Of a DNA stretch of 64,000 nt, positions 53,995 to 61,738 are shown piece after piece. Position 1 is the first letter of the stretch. The number at the start of each line of letters is the position of its first letter. The notes under the pieces were generated by a model. That model did no database searches. It was not told where the DNA came from and saw only the letters and a list, made by a program, of their open reading frames with translations. The translations under genes were made by a program, and so were the position numbers. Location: positions 832,001 through 896,000 of the forward strand of contig OZ223269.1 in the NCBI GenBank assembly GCA_965140585.1, in the 5' to 3' direction. This stretch comes from Spirochaetia bacterium (GTDB lineage: Bacteria; Spirochaetota; Spirochaetia; UBA9216).

Positions 53995-55120
53995 CCTTTT
54001 CAGCCGAAGCCCTGATGATATAATTTCTTATAATAATAAATGCTGCTACTGCTGCAGCAATAACTGCCAGAATTATTATAATTATAAGAAATTTTGAAGA
54101 AGTTTTGCTTCCATCTGCGGAATTATTTTGAATATTTTCACTGCTTTCCGTTGAAAATTTACCATTGTTTACTTCAATCTGATAATCAAAGACGGCAGGA
54201 ATAAATGGAGTATCACCAGAAAAGTTGAAGAGAAAAGAACCTGAATGTCTTCCGGGGGATAGTTCACTTGATAATTTAAGCGGTATTTTAACCTCTACAG
54301 AGGTTTCAGCTGGAATTTTTATTTCATAGGGTTCATCAAGAACTTCGTAGTTACTGCCCCGTTCCTGGTACAGTATTCTGCTGATCACCACAGTACGTTC
54401 ATCGCTGTATCCGTCACTCTCCAGACTGATATATATACTGTCATCTGAGACAGTAAAACCGGATGAAAGAATCCGTCCCAGGGTATCTTCTGCCGGAGTG
54501 GTTTCCGGAACATTACTGTTAAAATCAATTTCTTCATATGTGGTTAACAGCTCCTTTGAAAGCTCTTCAACAGCTGATTCACTGCCAACACCAAGAAGGA
54601 TGATTTTCCAGCCTTTTTTCTGAATAGTTTTTGTGTTTTCGAGAAAGTTATGATTAAAAGATCCGTCGGGGGAGTAGTATGGACTGTTTTCAGGAGCTTC
54701 CTGCTTTCCGTCTGTCAATAAAATAAGGTATTGTCTGCTGTTTTCAGTTTTATAAGCAGAAAGAGAATTTTCAAGGCTGTCCAAAGCATTCCCTATATCT
54801 GTAAAACGGCCGTCAGCTTTAAGGTTATGTAGATCATTTGATATCTGTTCAAGCCCCTTGAAGGTAAGTGTTTTATTAAAAACAACATCAGCCTTGCCAT
54901 AGAATTCAATTACAGTGAGATGGTCTCCCTCAATAAGAAAATTATCAATGAAATTTTCTATAATATACGCACTGACATCTTTAATTTTTTCAACCATCGA
55001 CTTGCTTTTATCAACAACAAGAAACATATCAATATTCTCAGTCCTTTTATCAGCATAGAGTGAGGCAGTGAGACCAGAAAATATTAATATAAAAAGAAAG
55101 AACTTGTATTTTTTAATCAT
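53957..55120 (-). CDS. VWA-domain membrane protein (TP0750-like)
   Basis: Signal peptide, MIDAS VDKSKSM, FTDIGNAL, LLTDG; C-terminal TM. Confidence 0.88.
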   Translation of the reverse strand: MIKKYKFFLFILIFSGLTASLYADKRTENIDMFLVVDKSKSMVEKIKDVSAYIIENFIDNFLIEGDHLTVIEFYGKADVVFNKTLTFKGLEQISNDLHNLKADGRFTDIGNALDSLENSLSAYKTENSRQYLILLTDGKQEAPENSPYYSPDGSFNHNFLENTKTIQKKGWKIILLGVGSESAVEELSKELLTTYEEIDFNSNVPETTPAEDTLGRILSSGFTVSDDSIYISLESDGYSDERTVVISRILYQERGSNYEVLDEPYEIKIPAETSVEVKIPLKLSSELSPGRHSGSFLFNFSGDTPFIPAVFDYQIEVNNGKFSTESSENIQNNSADGSKTSSKFLIIIIILAVIAAAVAAFIIIRNYIIRASAEKDEKRRNEISGNN

Positions 55121-55187
55121 AATAACATTTACCCTTCGGCTTTATAGTAACATGTTGTTTTTTTATAAAAAAGCATTAAAACTTATT

Positions 55188-55201
55188 AAAAAAAAAAAAA
55201 A
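55188..55201 (+). repeat. A14 homopolymer in the divergent VWA/cfpA promoter region
   Basis: 14 consecutive A. Confidence 0.9.
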
Positions 55202-55206
55202 CGTAC

Positions 55207-55236
55207 TTTACATATCAGTAATCTTATTGATAATCT
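55207..55236 (+). promoter_or_regulatory. Putative cfpA promoter
   Basis: TTTACA-18nt-TAATCT with TG extension; AAGGAG RBS before ATG 55268. Confidence 0.45.
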
Positions 55237-55267
55237 GTATAGATATAAGAGAATTAAGGAGAGTAAA

Positions 55268-57331
55268 ATGGGAAGCATAGATCTACCTAAAAGTCCAATG
55301 GTATTCCATCCTGAAAAGAGGAGTGCGGTGGGCTCCAGGAACTCTCTCGCTCAGGAAAGCAGGGACCAGCAGGCAGAAGTAGAAAGACTGCTCGAAGAAG
55401 AAGTAGATAAAGTCGTTAACCATATCAATGCCAAACTACCTGAAGACGTCCTCTCTAAATTGGATGTCATGGGTGGCTTAAAAGAGAAAGTTTATAACTA
55501 TTTCAACCAGAACTACCAGAATATGTTCAACCGTTACATAGTTACAACTGAAGATGAAATGGTTAAAAAGGTAAGAAACTTCATTGATAAAGAAGAAATG
55601 AAAGTTCTTACCAGGTACACCCCCAAAGAAATAGCAGCGCTGCTTGAAGAAGTAGGCGGTATGGACAGATTCAATACCGGTGAAATTGAGAAATCAATTG
55701 TTAATATGTATGGTCACCTTCAGGGGCATATACAGAGAGGTATGAATGATCTTGAAAACCTTACCAACTCACTCCTTAGACAGAAAACCGACGTTGGTGC
55801 TTTCATAAGAGGCGAGAATGCTTATTCGGTAGTTAAATGTTCATTCAAGGACAGTATCGAGAAACCAAAGACTGTATGCAACGTAAAGCTTTCAGTTAAC
55901 ATACTCGATTCCGAGCTTATAAGTCCTATTTTTCACTATCAGGCTACAGTTGAGTACTTAATCAAAGACCTTGTTTCAAAGCAGATTATTGATGCAATTG
56001 ACAAGGAAATTGAGAATCTTAAGGATGAAAGACTTGATAAGGGTCTTGAAGAACTTAATGACAGTGAAATCATCTTTCAGAAGATGGGTCGTGTAGAAAA
56101 TCATACCGCTGATGAAGTAAACAATGCAAAATCAAACAGGTATAAGTACATTGCCAAGAACATCATGGAAAAGGTTGAAGGCCTTAGAGCTGAGATTGAT
56201 CCTAATGAGTTCGATCCTCTGAACATCCGTGAAAATCTTAAGAAAATCATGGATATAGAAAATATCAGAAACAGAGGCTACAACACAGCAGTTAATTCAA
56301 TTACAAGTATTCTTGATACTTCAAAAATGGGTTATCAGTATATCGAGAACCTCAAAAATGCAAGAGAACTTGTGATTAGAGAGTATGAAGATACAGATGC
56401 AGCAATTCTTCCTGATGAAAGATATAACATCCGTCTCAAATACTACGACAATGCCCAGCTTATCGAAGAAAGAAAAGCTTATGATGTTCAGGTAAAATCT
56501 TTCGAGGTTGAAGTTGAACATGTATGGGATGTTCTTGAAATGGTTTACAGCGACGGTAAGAGATTCAAAGGTGTTGTTGATTTTAAAGATCTTTCCGACA
56601 GATACAAGAATAAAATAAAGAAGAACATCAAGGCAAAAACCGGTGATCCTCTCTACGAAGACATTGAAAAGAGCTGGGATGAAATATCTTTTGTAAGCGC
56701 AGCTGAAACTGAAGTTGAAAAAATGAACAGAACCTATGTTCTGGAAAAAGATAAACTTAAGAAAAAGCTTATTCTTATGAGAGACAAACTTCAGGATATG
56801 TACAGCTATAAGTACCCGATTCAGAGACGAGTACTTGAAGACAGACTTACTTTTCTCGAAGCTGAGTTCAATAAATTTGATTATCTTATCAATCCTTATC
56901 ATATTCAGCCAGGACTTCTTCTTGATGTTGATATTACTTCAATTAAAAGAAAGAAAGCTACTTTGGACGGTATGGCAAATGTTCTTAATGAATTCCTTCA
57001 TGGTGTTTCCAAAGGGTTCCAGGATGCGGCATTTGCAGCGTTCTCAAGAAGACGTTCTACTGTAAGAGAAGATATTGATATGAGTTTTGCTTCTGATCTT
57101 GCTGAAGATGATATGCTTAAGCAGAAATCTTTAGGTGAATCATATCTTGATATGCTTAATTCACCGGATGACAGTCCTGCACTGGCCGACACTACAATCA
57201 AAACAAAGCCTAAGGCTCCTGCTAAAAAGGCTGCACCGAAAACTAAAGCCAAGTCTAAGGGTGTTGTTGACAACGACAAGACTAAAACAAGGCGGGGCAG
57301 ACCAAGAAGATCAAATCTGGATACAATCTAA
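55268..57331 (+). CDS. cfpA: Cytoplasmic filament protein CfpA
   Basis: N-terminus [47 protein letters not shown] and FSRRRSTVR, typical of treponemal CfpA; coiled-coil rich. Confidence 0.93.
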   Translation: MGSIDLPKSPMVFHPEKRSAVGSRNSLAQESRDQQAEVERLLEEEVDKVVNHINAKLPEDVLSKLDVMGGLKEKVYNYFNQNYQNMFNRYIVTTEDEMVKKVRNFIDKEEMKVLTRYTPKEIAALLEEVGGMDRFNTGEIEKSIVNMYGHLQGHIQRGMNDLENLTNSLLRQKTDVGAFIRGENAYSVVKCSFKDSIEKPKTVCNVKLSVNILDSELISPIFHYQATVEYLIKDLVSKQIIDAIDKEIENLKDERLDKGLEELNDSEIIFQKMGRVENHTADEVNNAKSNRYKYIAKNIMEKVEGLRAEIDPNEFDPLNIRENLKKIMDIENIRNRGYNTAVNSITSILDTSKMGYQYIENLKNARELVIREYEDTDAAILPDERYNIRLKYYDNAQLIEERKAYDVQVKSFEVEVEHVWDVLEMVYSDGKRFKGVVDFKDLSDRYKNKIKKNIKAKTGDPLYEDIEKSWDEISFVSAAETEVEKMNRTYVLEKDKLKKKLILMRDKLQDMYSYKYPIQRRVLEDRLTFLEAEFNKFDYLINPYHIQPGLLLDVDITSIKRKKATLDGMANVLNEFLHGVSKGFQDAAFAAFSRRRSTVREDIDMSFASDLAEDDMLKQKSLGESYLDMLNSPDDSPALADTTIKTKPKAPAKKAAPKTKAKSKGVVDNDKTKTRRGRPRRSNLDTI

Positions 57332-57332
57332 C

Positions 57333-57370
57333 AAAAAATGCAGCCCCTCAATTTTTGAGGGGCATTTTTT
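57333..57370 (+). terminator. Rho-independent terminator after cfpA
   Basis: GCCCCTCAA-ttt-TTGAGGGGC followed by ATTTTTT. Confidence 0.8.
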
Positions 57371-57384
57371 ACCGAGGGAACATA

Positions 57385-58407
57385 ATGAACGATACTTTAC
57401 GCGTCTATGATCATCTGTCTGACAGGAATGGTTTTAATAATGCATTAATTCATTTTCAGTCTGTAATGGGTATTATCGGCGATTTTGAAGATGGATACAA
57501 TCTGGCTGATATATTGAATGATCTTGTGAATGAGAAGGAAATTAAGCAGGATCAGATGCCGTCGATAGTGAGTGCACTTCTCGTTGATAAATATTCCTAC
57601 AACTTTAAATCCGGTAATTTTATAAACAGTTTAATTGATTTTGAATATATCGCTTCTTCATTGGAGAAGCTTAAATCCTATGATTTACTGATTTCTTATA
57701 TCCACCCGGAGCTTGGATATAATGTGATAAATCCTAAGAATCCTGATAGCTGGAAAAATGTCTCAGAGTTTAGAAAAAATGAATATTTCACAGTGTATGC
57801 CGGCAAATTCACTGATGACATGACCAACTCTAAAGAGGCTGAAATGTTAATTCAGAAGGTTTTTGACCTTTTTGAGGGCAAAAAACTTAAACTTCCTGAA
57901 AATCTATTAAAAGGTAAGTATAAGTTTAAGACTCTTTCAGAGGAACCGGAGAAGAAGGCTGCACCGAAGAAAGTAGCCAAGAATCCGGTTAAAAAGACTT
58001 CAGCTTCCCAAAAAGCCGAAACATCATATCAGGATGAAGAACATGAAGAGGTCGCAGCCAGCGGACCTGTGAATACTTCAAAAATGACACCTTTATATTC
58101 AGTTCCGGTAACCAATGAACTCTTTCATAATGGTAATGTCGAAGCCTGGAAAAGGATAATTCAAAGTTTTAAAGTTAAAAACCCAGACCTCGAAGTATAT
58201 ATATTTTATGATGGTGAAAGAATTCAGAATATTGCATCATTGTTTAAATGGGGTAAAGTTAAACATGGAAGTGCTATTCTGTTTGCTGTAGCAGGTGAAA
58301 ATATTCAGGATGTTGCAAAACTTCAGAAATATTTAAAACAGGGAGCGAGCCCTCAGTTTGAAGCCTTCTTAAGGTTTCCGGTTAATACTGTTTTAAATCT
58401 CTTCTAA
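57385..58407 (+). CDS. Hypothetical protein with K/A/P-rich linker and C-terminal HPr-like domain
   Basis: Start moved to ATG 57385 (GAGGG RBS); C-terminal VPVTNELFHNG..EVYIFYDGERI..GKVKHGSAILFAVAGE resembles HPr. Confidence 0.75.
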   Translation: MNDTLRVYDHLSDRNGFNNALIHFQSVMGIIGDFEDGYNLADILNDLVNEKEIKQDQMPSIVSALLVDKYSYNFKSGNFINSLIDFEYIASSLEKLKSYDLLISYIHPELGYNVINPKNPDSWKNVSEFRKNEYFTVYAGKFTDDMTNSKEAEMLIQKVFDLFEGKKLKLPENLLKGKYKFKTLSEEPEKKAAPKKVAKNPVKKTSASQKAETSYQDEEHEEVAASGPVNTSKMTPLYSVPVTNELFHNGNVEAWKRIIQSFKVKNPDLEVYIFYDGERIQNIASLFKWGKVKHGSAILFAVAGENIQDVAKLQKYLKQGASPQFEAFLRFPVNTVLNLF

Positions 58408-58423
58408 TAATAAGGGTTATTTC

Positions 58424-61060
58424 ATGGATATCAAATCGAATATATATTTTATCAGTAAGAATAAATCATCAAAAAACGCACCTGATCAGAATAAGATAGG
58501 AATCAGAGGGCAGCAGACTTATGACCTCATTTCTATGGGAATGCCTGTAGTTCCCGGTGTAATACTCGGAACAGAAATAACTTCAAATCTTGATGATGTT
58601 GATGCAGTTATTGATGCTCTTAATCCCTTTTTTAATGATTATACAAAAGAAAGCGGTAAAACCTTCAATAGTGATAAAAATCCGATGCTTCTTAAACTGG
58701 TTATCAGTTCAAATCTTGCTATAGCAAGGTATCCTGTCCTTCATAATTTCGGACTTGCGGATAACACGTTTGAAGGCTTCAGTGAGTTTGTAGGTAAAGA
58801 TTTCGCATATCAGGAAATTCTTTTTATGCTCAACGGTATTTACGCTATTGAAGAAAGAATTGCTGAACTTAATGAAGATACTAAACTTGCTAATAAATAT
58901 CATCAGTACATAAAGGAAACCGGACGTTTTCTTAGTAAGAACATGAAGGCTGATGAATGTAAGAAATATCTTGAACAGAAAAAGAAAGAACTTCCTGAAG
59001 AGCTTTTCAGTACCGCCAGGACTCAGCTTGCAGCAGTTTTAAAACGTATAAGCTACTTGATTAAACTGGAAGACAGTGAAAATACCGGTGTTGCAGTTCT
59101 TATTCAGCCTATGGTTTACGGAAACTATGGTAAAGACAGCTATTCAGGATATTTCACTACAAGAAATACAATTACCGGGAATGGTGTTCTCGAAGGTGAA
59201 TATTTTACAAATAAATTTAATTCACCGGAATCAAGCGGAAAATCGATCAAAAATATTGATAAAAAATACCTTAAACAGTTTGAAGATATAGCCTTAAAAC
59301 TTGAAACTACATATCTTGATATCAGGAAAATTGGTTTTACTATTGAAAACGGAAGACTGTCGCTAATAAATCAAAATCCGATCAGTGAAAAATCAACCAG
59401 GGCTGATATTCAGCTTCTTCTGGACCTTAAAAATAAAAAACTTATAAATGATACTCAGGTTATTAATGCAATAAAACCTTCTGAACTAAATGAGCTTCTG
59501 CACCCGGTTATAGATCTTGATTCGGTAAAATCCATGCCGAAGGTAGAAGGCGGTATTTCTGGTGCTCCCGGCGCCGCAGTCGGAAGGGTCTTCTTTTCTA
59601 CTGAGGGACTTATTGAAGAGTATAAAACTTCAAGAATGAATGATATTGATGACAGATTGATTTTGTGTCTTACATCCAGTTTTGCAGAAGATGTAAAGGC
59701 AATAGAAATTGCTACCGGCGTACTTTCTTCCGAAGGCGGCTATTCGGCTCATGCTTCAGTAGTTGCAAGACAGTACGGTAAAGTATCGCTTGTTAATCCT
59801 GATATTAAAATTAGCGGTAAAAAGGCGACAATAGGCGGCAAGACTATTAAAGAAGGTGATTTCATAACTCTCAATGTTCCTGAATTTGATACCCCCTCAA
59901 TCGTATGGGGTAAAGCTCAGCTTATAAAACCGGATCCTGCCAAGAACGGTCTGATAGATTTCCTTAAAATTGTGAAAGAAAATATAAAAGGATTTGATAT
60001 CCGCGCAAACTGTGATAAGGCTGCAGATGCAAAACTTGCTCTTGCATTCGGTGCGGACGGAATCGGGTTATGCAGAACAGAGCATATGTTTTTCGATGAA
60101 AAACGTATCAATGTGTTTCGTGAAATGATTTTTGCCGAGACCTCTGAAGAGAGAGCAAAAGTTCTTAAAAAACTTAAACAGATGCAGAAGAAGGACTTTC
60201 AGGATCTGTTTAAGGTAATGAACGGAAAGGAAATTAATATCCGCCTTCTTGATGCACCTCTGCATGAATTTCTACCCCATAATACTGCTGAGGTAAAAGC
60301 ATTTCTCGATTACCTTAAAACTTCCGGGACGAAAATTACTGAAAAACAGCTTAGGGAAAAATCAGAAAATTTAAAAGAATTCAATCCCATGCTTGGTCAC
60401 AGAGGATGCAGAATAGCAATCAGTTATCCGGAAATTTATCAGATGCAGATCGAATCAATCTTTGAGGCTGCTTACGCTGTTAAATCAAAAGGTGTAGATG
60501 TAAAACCTGAAATAATGATACCGCTGATTATGAATGAAACTGAGCTTAAAATGATTCTTTACGGAAAAAAAATCGAGGGTTCTCATTATAAAGGGCTTGT
60601 TGAAATAGAGCAGAACGTACGTGAACGGCTGAAAGTAAAACCGGTTGATTATAAAGTCGGAACAATGATTGAACTTCCTGCAGCGGCTCTGTCTGCTGAT
60701 AATATTGCAAGATATGCACAATTTTTCTCTTTCGGCACCAATGATCTTACACAGACAACATTAGGTCTCTCAAGAGATGATTTTACTTCATTTATGCCTG
60801 ACTATACACTTTACGATATTATGAGCGGTAATCCTTTCAGGACACTGGAACGGCCTGTAAAAGAACTTATTGCTACCGCCGTTCAGCGGGGAACTATAAC
60901 AAGGCCTGACCTTAAGAAGGGACTTTGCGGAGAACATGGAGCAGCACCCGAGAATATTGAGTTCTGTATTGAAAACGGACTTGATTATGTATCATGTTCA
61001 ACCTATTCAGTACCTATTGCTGCTCTTGCAACGGCTCAGGCGCTGCTTAAGACGAATTAG
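58424..61060 (+). CDS. PPDK-like PEP-utilising protein with degenerate nucleotide-binding domain
   Basis: GGYSAHASVVAR phospho-His domain; GIGLCRTEHMF, EFNPMLGHRGCR, FSFGTNDLTQ, GLCGEHG intact; ATP-grasp motifs altered. Confidence 0.9.
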   Translation: MDIKSNIYFISKNKSSKNAPDQNKIGIRGQQTYDLISMGMPVVPGVILGTEITSNLDDVDAVIDALNPFFNDYTKESGKTFNSDKNPMLLKLVISSNLAIARYPVLHNFGLADNTFEGFSEFVGKDFAYQEILFMLNGIYAIEERIAELNEDTKLANKYHQYIKETGRFLSKNMKADECKKYLEQKKKELPEELFSTARTQLAAVLKRISYLIKLEDSENTGVAVLIQPMVYGNYGKDSYSGYFTTRNTITGNGVLEGEYFTNKFNSPESSGKSIKNIDKKYLKQFEDIALKLETTYLDIRKIGFTIENGRLSLINQNPISEKSTRADIQLLLDLKNKKLINDTQVINAIKPSELNELLHPVIDLDSVKSMPKVEGGISGAPGAAVGRVFFSTEGLIEEYKTSRMNDIDDRLILCLTSSFAEDVKAIEIATGVLSSEGGYSAHASVVARQYGKVSLVNPDIKISGKKATIGGKTIKEGDFITLNVPEFDTPSIVWGKAQLIKPDPAKNGLIDFLKIVKENIKGFDIRANCDKAADAKLALAFGADGIGLCRTEHMFFDEKRINVFREMIFAETSEERAKVLKKLKQMQKKDFQDLFKVMNGKEINIRLLDAPLHEFLPHNTAEVKAFLDYLKTSGTKITEKQLREKSENLKEFNPMLGHRGCRIAISYPEIYQMQIESIFEAAYAVKSKGVDVKPEIMIPLIMNETELKMILYGKKIEGSHYKGLVEIEQNVRERLKVKPVDYKVGTMIELPAAALSADNIARYAQFFSFGTNDLTQTTLGLSRDDFTSFMPDYTLYDIMSGNPFRTLERPVKELIATAVQRGTITRPDLKKGLCGEHGAAPENIEFCIENGLDYVSCSTYSVPIAALATAQALLKTN

Positions 61061-61080
61061 AAGCATAAATATACAGAAAT

Positions 61081-61119
61081 AAAAAAGGGGCATCTTTTAA
61101 ATAAGAAAGCCCCTTTTTT
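61081..61119. terminator. Bidirectional terminator between convergent genes
   Basis: AAAAAAGGGGC...GCCCCTTTTTT flanked by A and T runs. Confidence 0.8.
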
Positions 61120-61137
61120 ATTTAGATAAATAAGGTT

Positions 61138-61686
61138 TTAGAAAGTACCGAAATTCTTTACGCCTTCAATCACCATCTTGGCAGCCTGTTCTGAATCTCT
61201 TTTGGGTACCTGACATTCTCTGTTAAAGGTCTGTACAAAGAAAAACTCCAATGTTTCGAAAACTTCCGGTTGATGATAAAAACATAAAGCAAAATTGATA
61301 CCGGTTGGTTTAAGAATAGTAAATGATGAATAAGTTATAATTGGCTTTTTAGGAACCATAATTTTATACTGGTTCTTTGAATTATGAATGTTAAGCTCAT
61401 TAAATCTGAACGGAATAGATTTACCGTATTCCCTGGAAACCGGTTCGATATATTTCTTGGGATACATTGAAGGTTCAACCAGTATGTACAGTTTACTTCC
61501 GTCAGTCTGAAATGTAAGACCTTCACCGCTTAAACTGATATTTTTAACTCCTGCATAGGCTACGACTTCATAAATTGCATATGGGGAATTGTTACTGAAA
61601 AATGAAGAAACAATATAACCGCCGTCCTGCGGAAGTTTACCTTCATTGTATGCCTGAAATAAATCGAGTGCTTTTACGTTACCCAT
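61138..61686 (-). CDS. Hypothetical cytoplasmic protein
   Basis: 182-aa ORF with AGGAGG RBS and own promoter. Confidence 0.8.
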   Translation of the reverse strand: MGNVKALDLFQAYNEGKLPQDGGYIVSSFFSNNSPYAIYEVVAYAGVKNISLSGEGLTFQTDGSKLYILVEPSMYPKKYIEPVSREYGKSIPFRFNELNIHNSKNQYKIMVPKKPIITYSSFTILKPTGINFALCFYHQPEVFETLEFFFVQTFNRECQVPKRDSEQAAKMVIEGVKNFGTF

Positions 61687-61703
61687 GCCATCCTCCTGTA
61701 ATT

Positions 61704-61732
61704 ATTATAGAATGAACAACTTTATTACGCAA
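61704..61732 (-). promoter_or_regulatory. Strong sigma70 promoter overlapped by a 9-bp inverted repeat
   Basis: Minus strand TTGCGT-17nt-TATAAT; AACTTTATT-acgc-AATAAAGTT at 61718-61739. Confidence 0.7.
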
Positions 61733-61738
61733 TAAAGT

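Noticed and set aside
55068-55280. 70-aa ORF across the cfpA promoter with a poly-Lys run
   Set aside because: Overlaps both flanking gene starts; the Lys run is just the A14 tract
57135-57410. 91-aa alternative-frame ORF over the cfpA 3' end
   Set aside because: Spans the terminator, has no RBS and no recognisable motif
58424-61060. Annotation as canonical pyruvate phosphate dikinase (ppdK)
   Set aside because: Equivalents of the nucleotide-binding residues K22, R92, D321, E323, R337 and the GEDVVAG loop are missing or substituted
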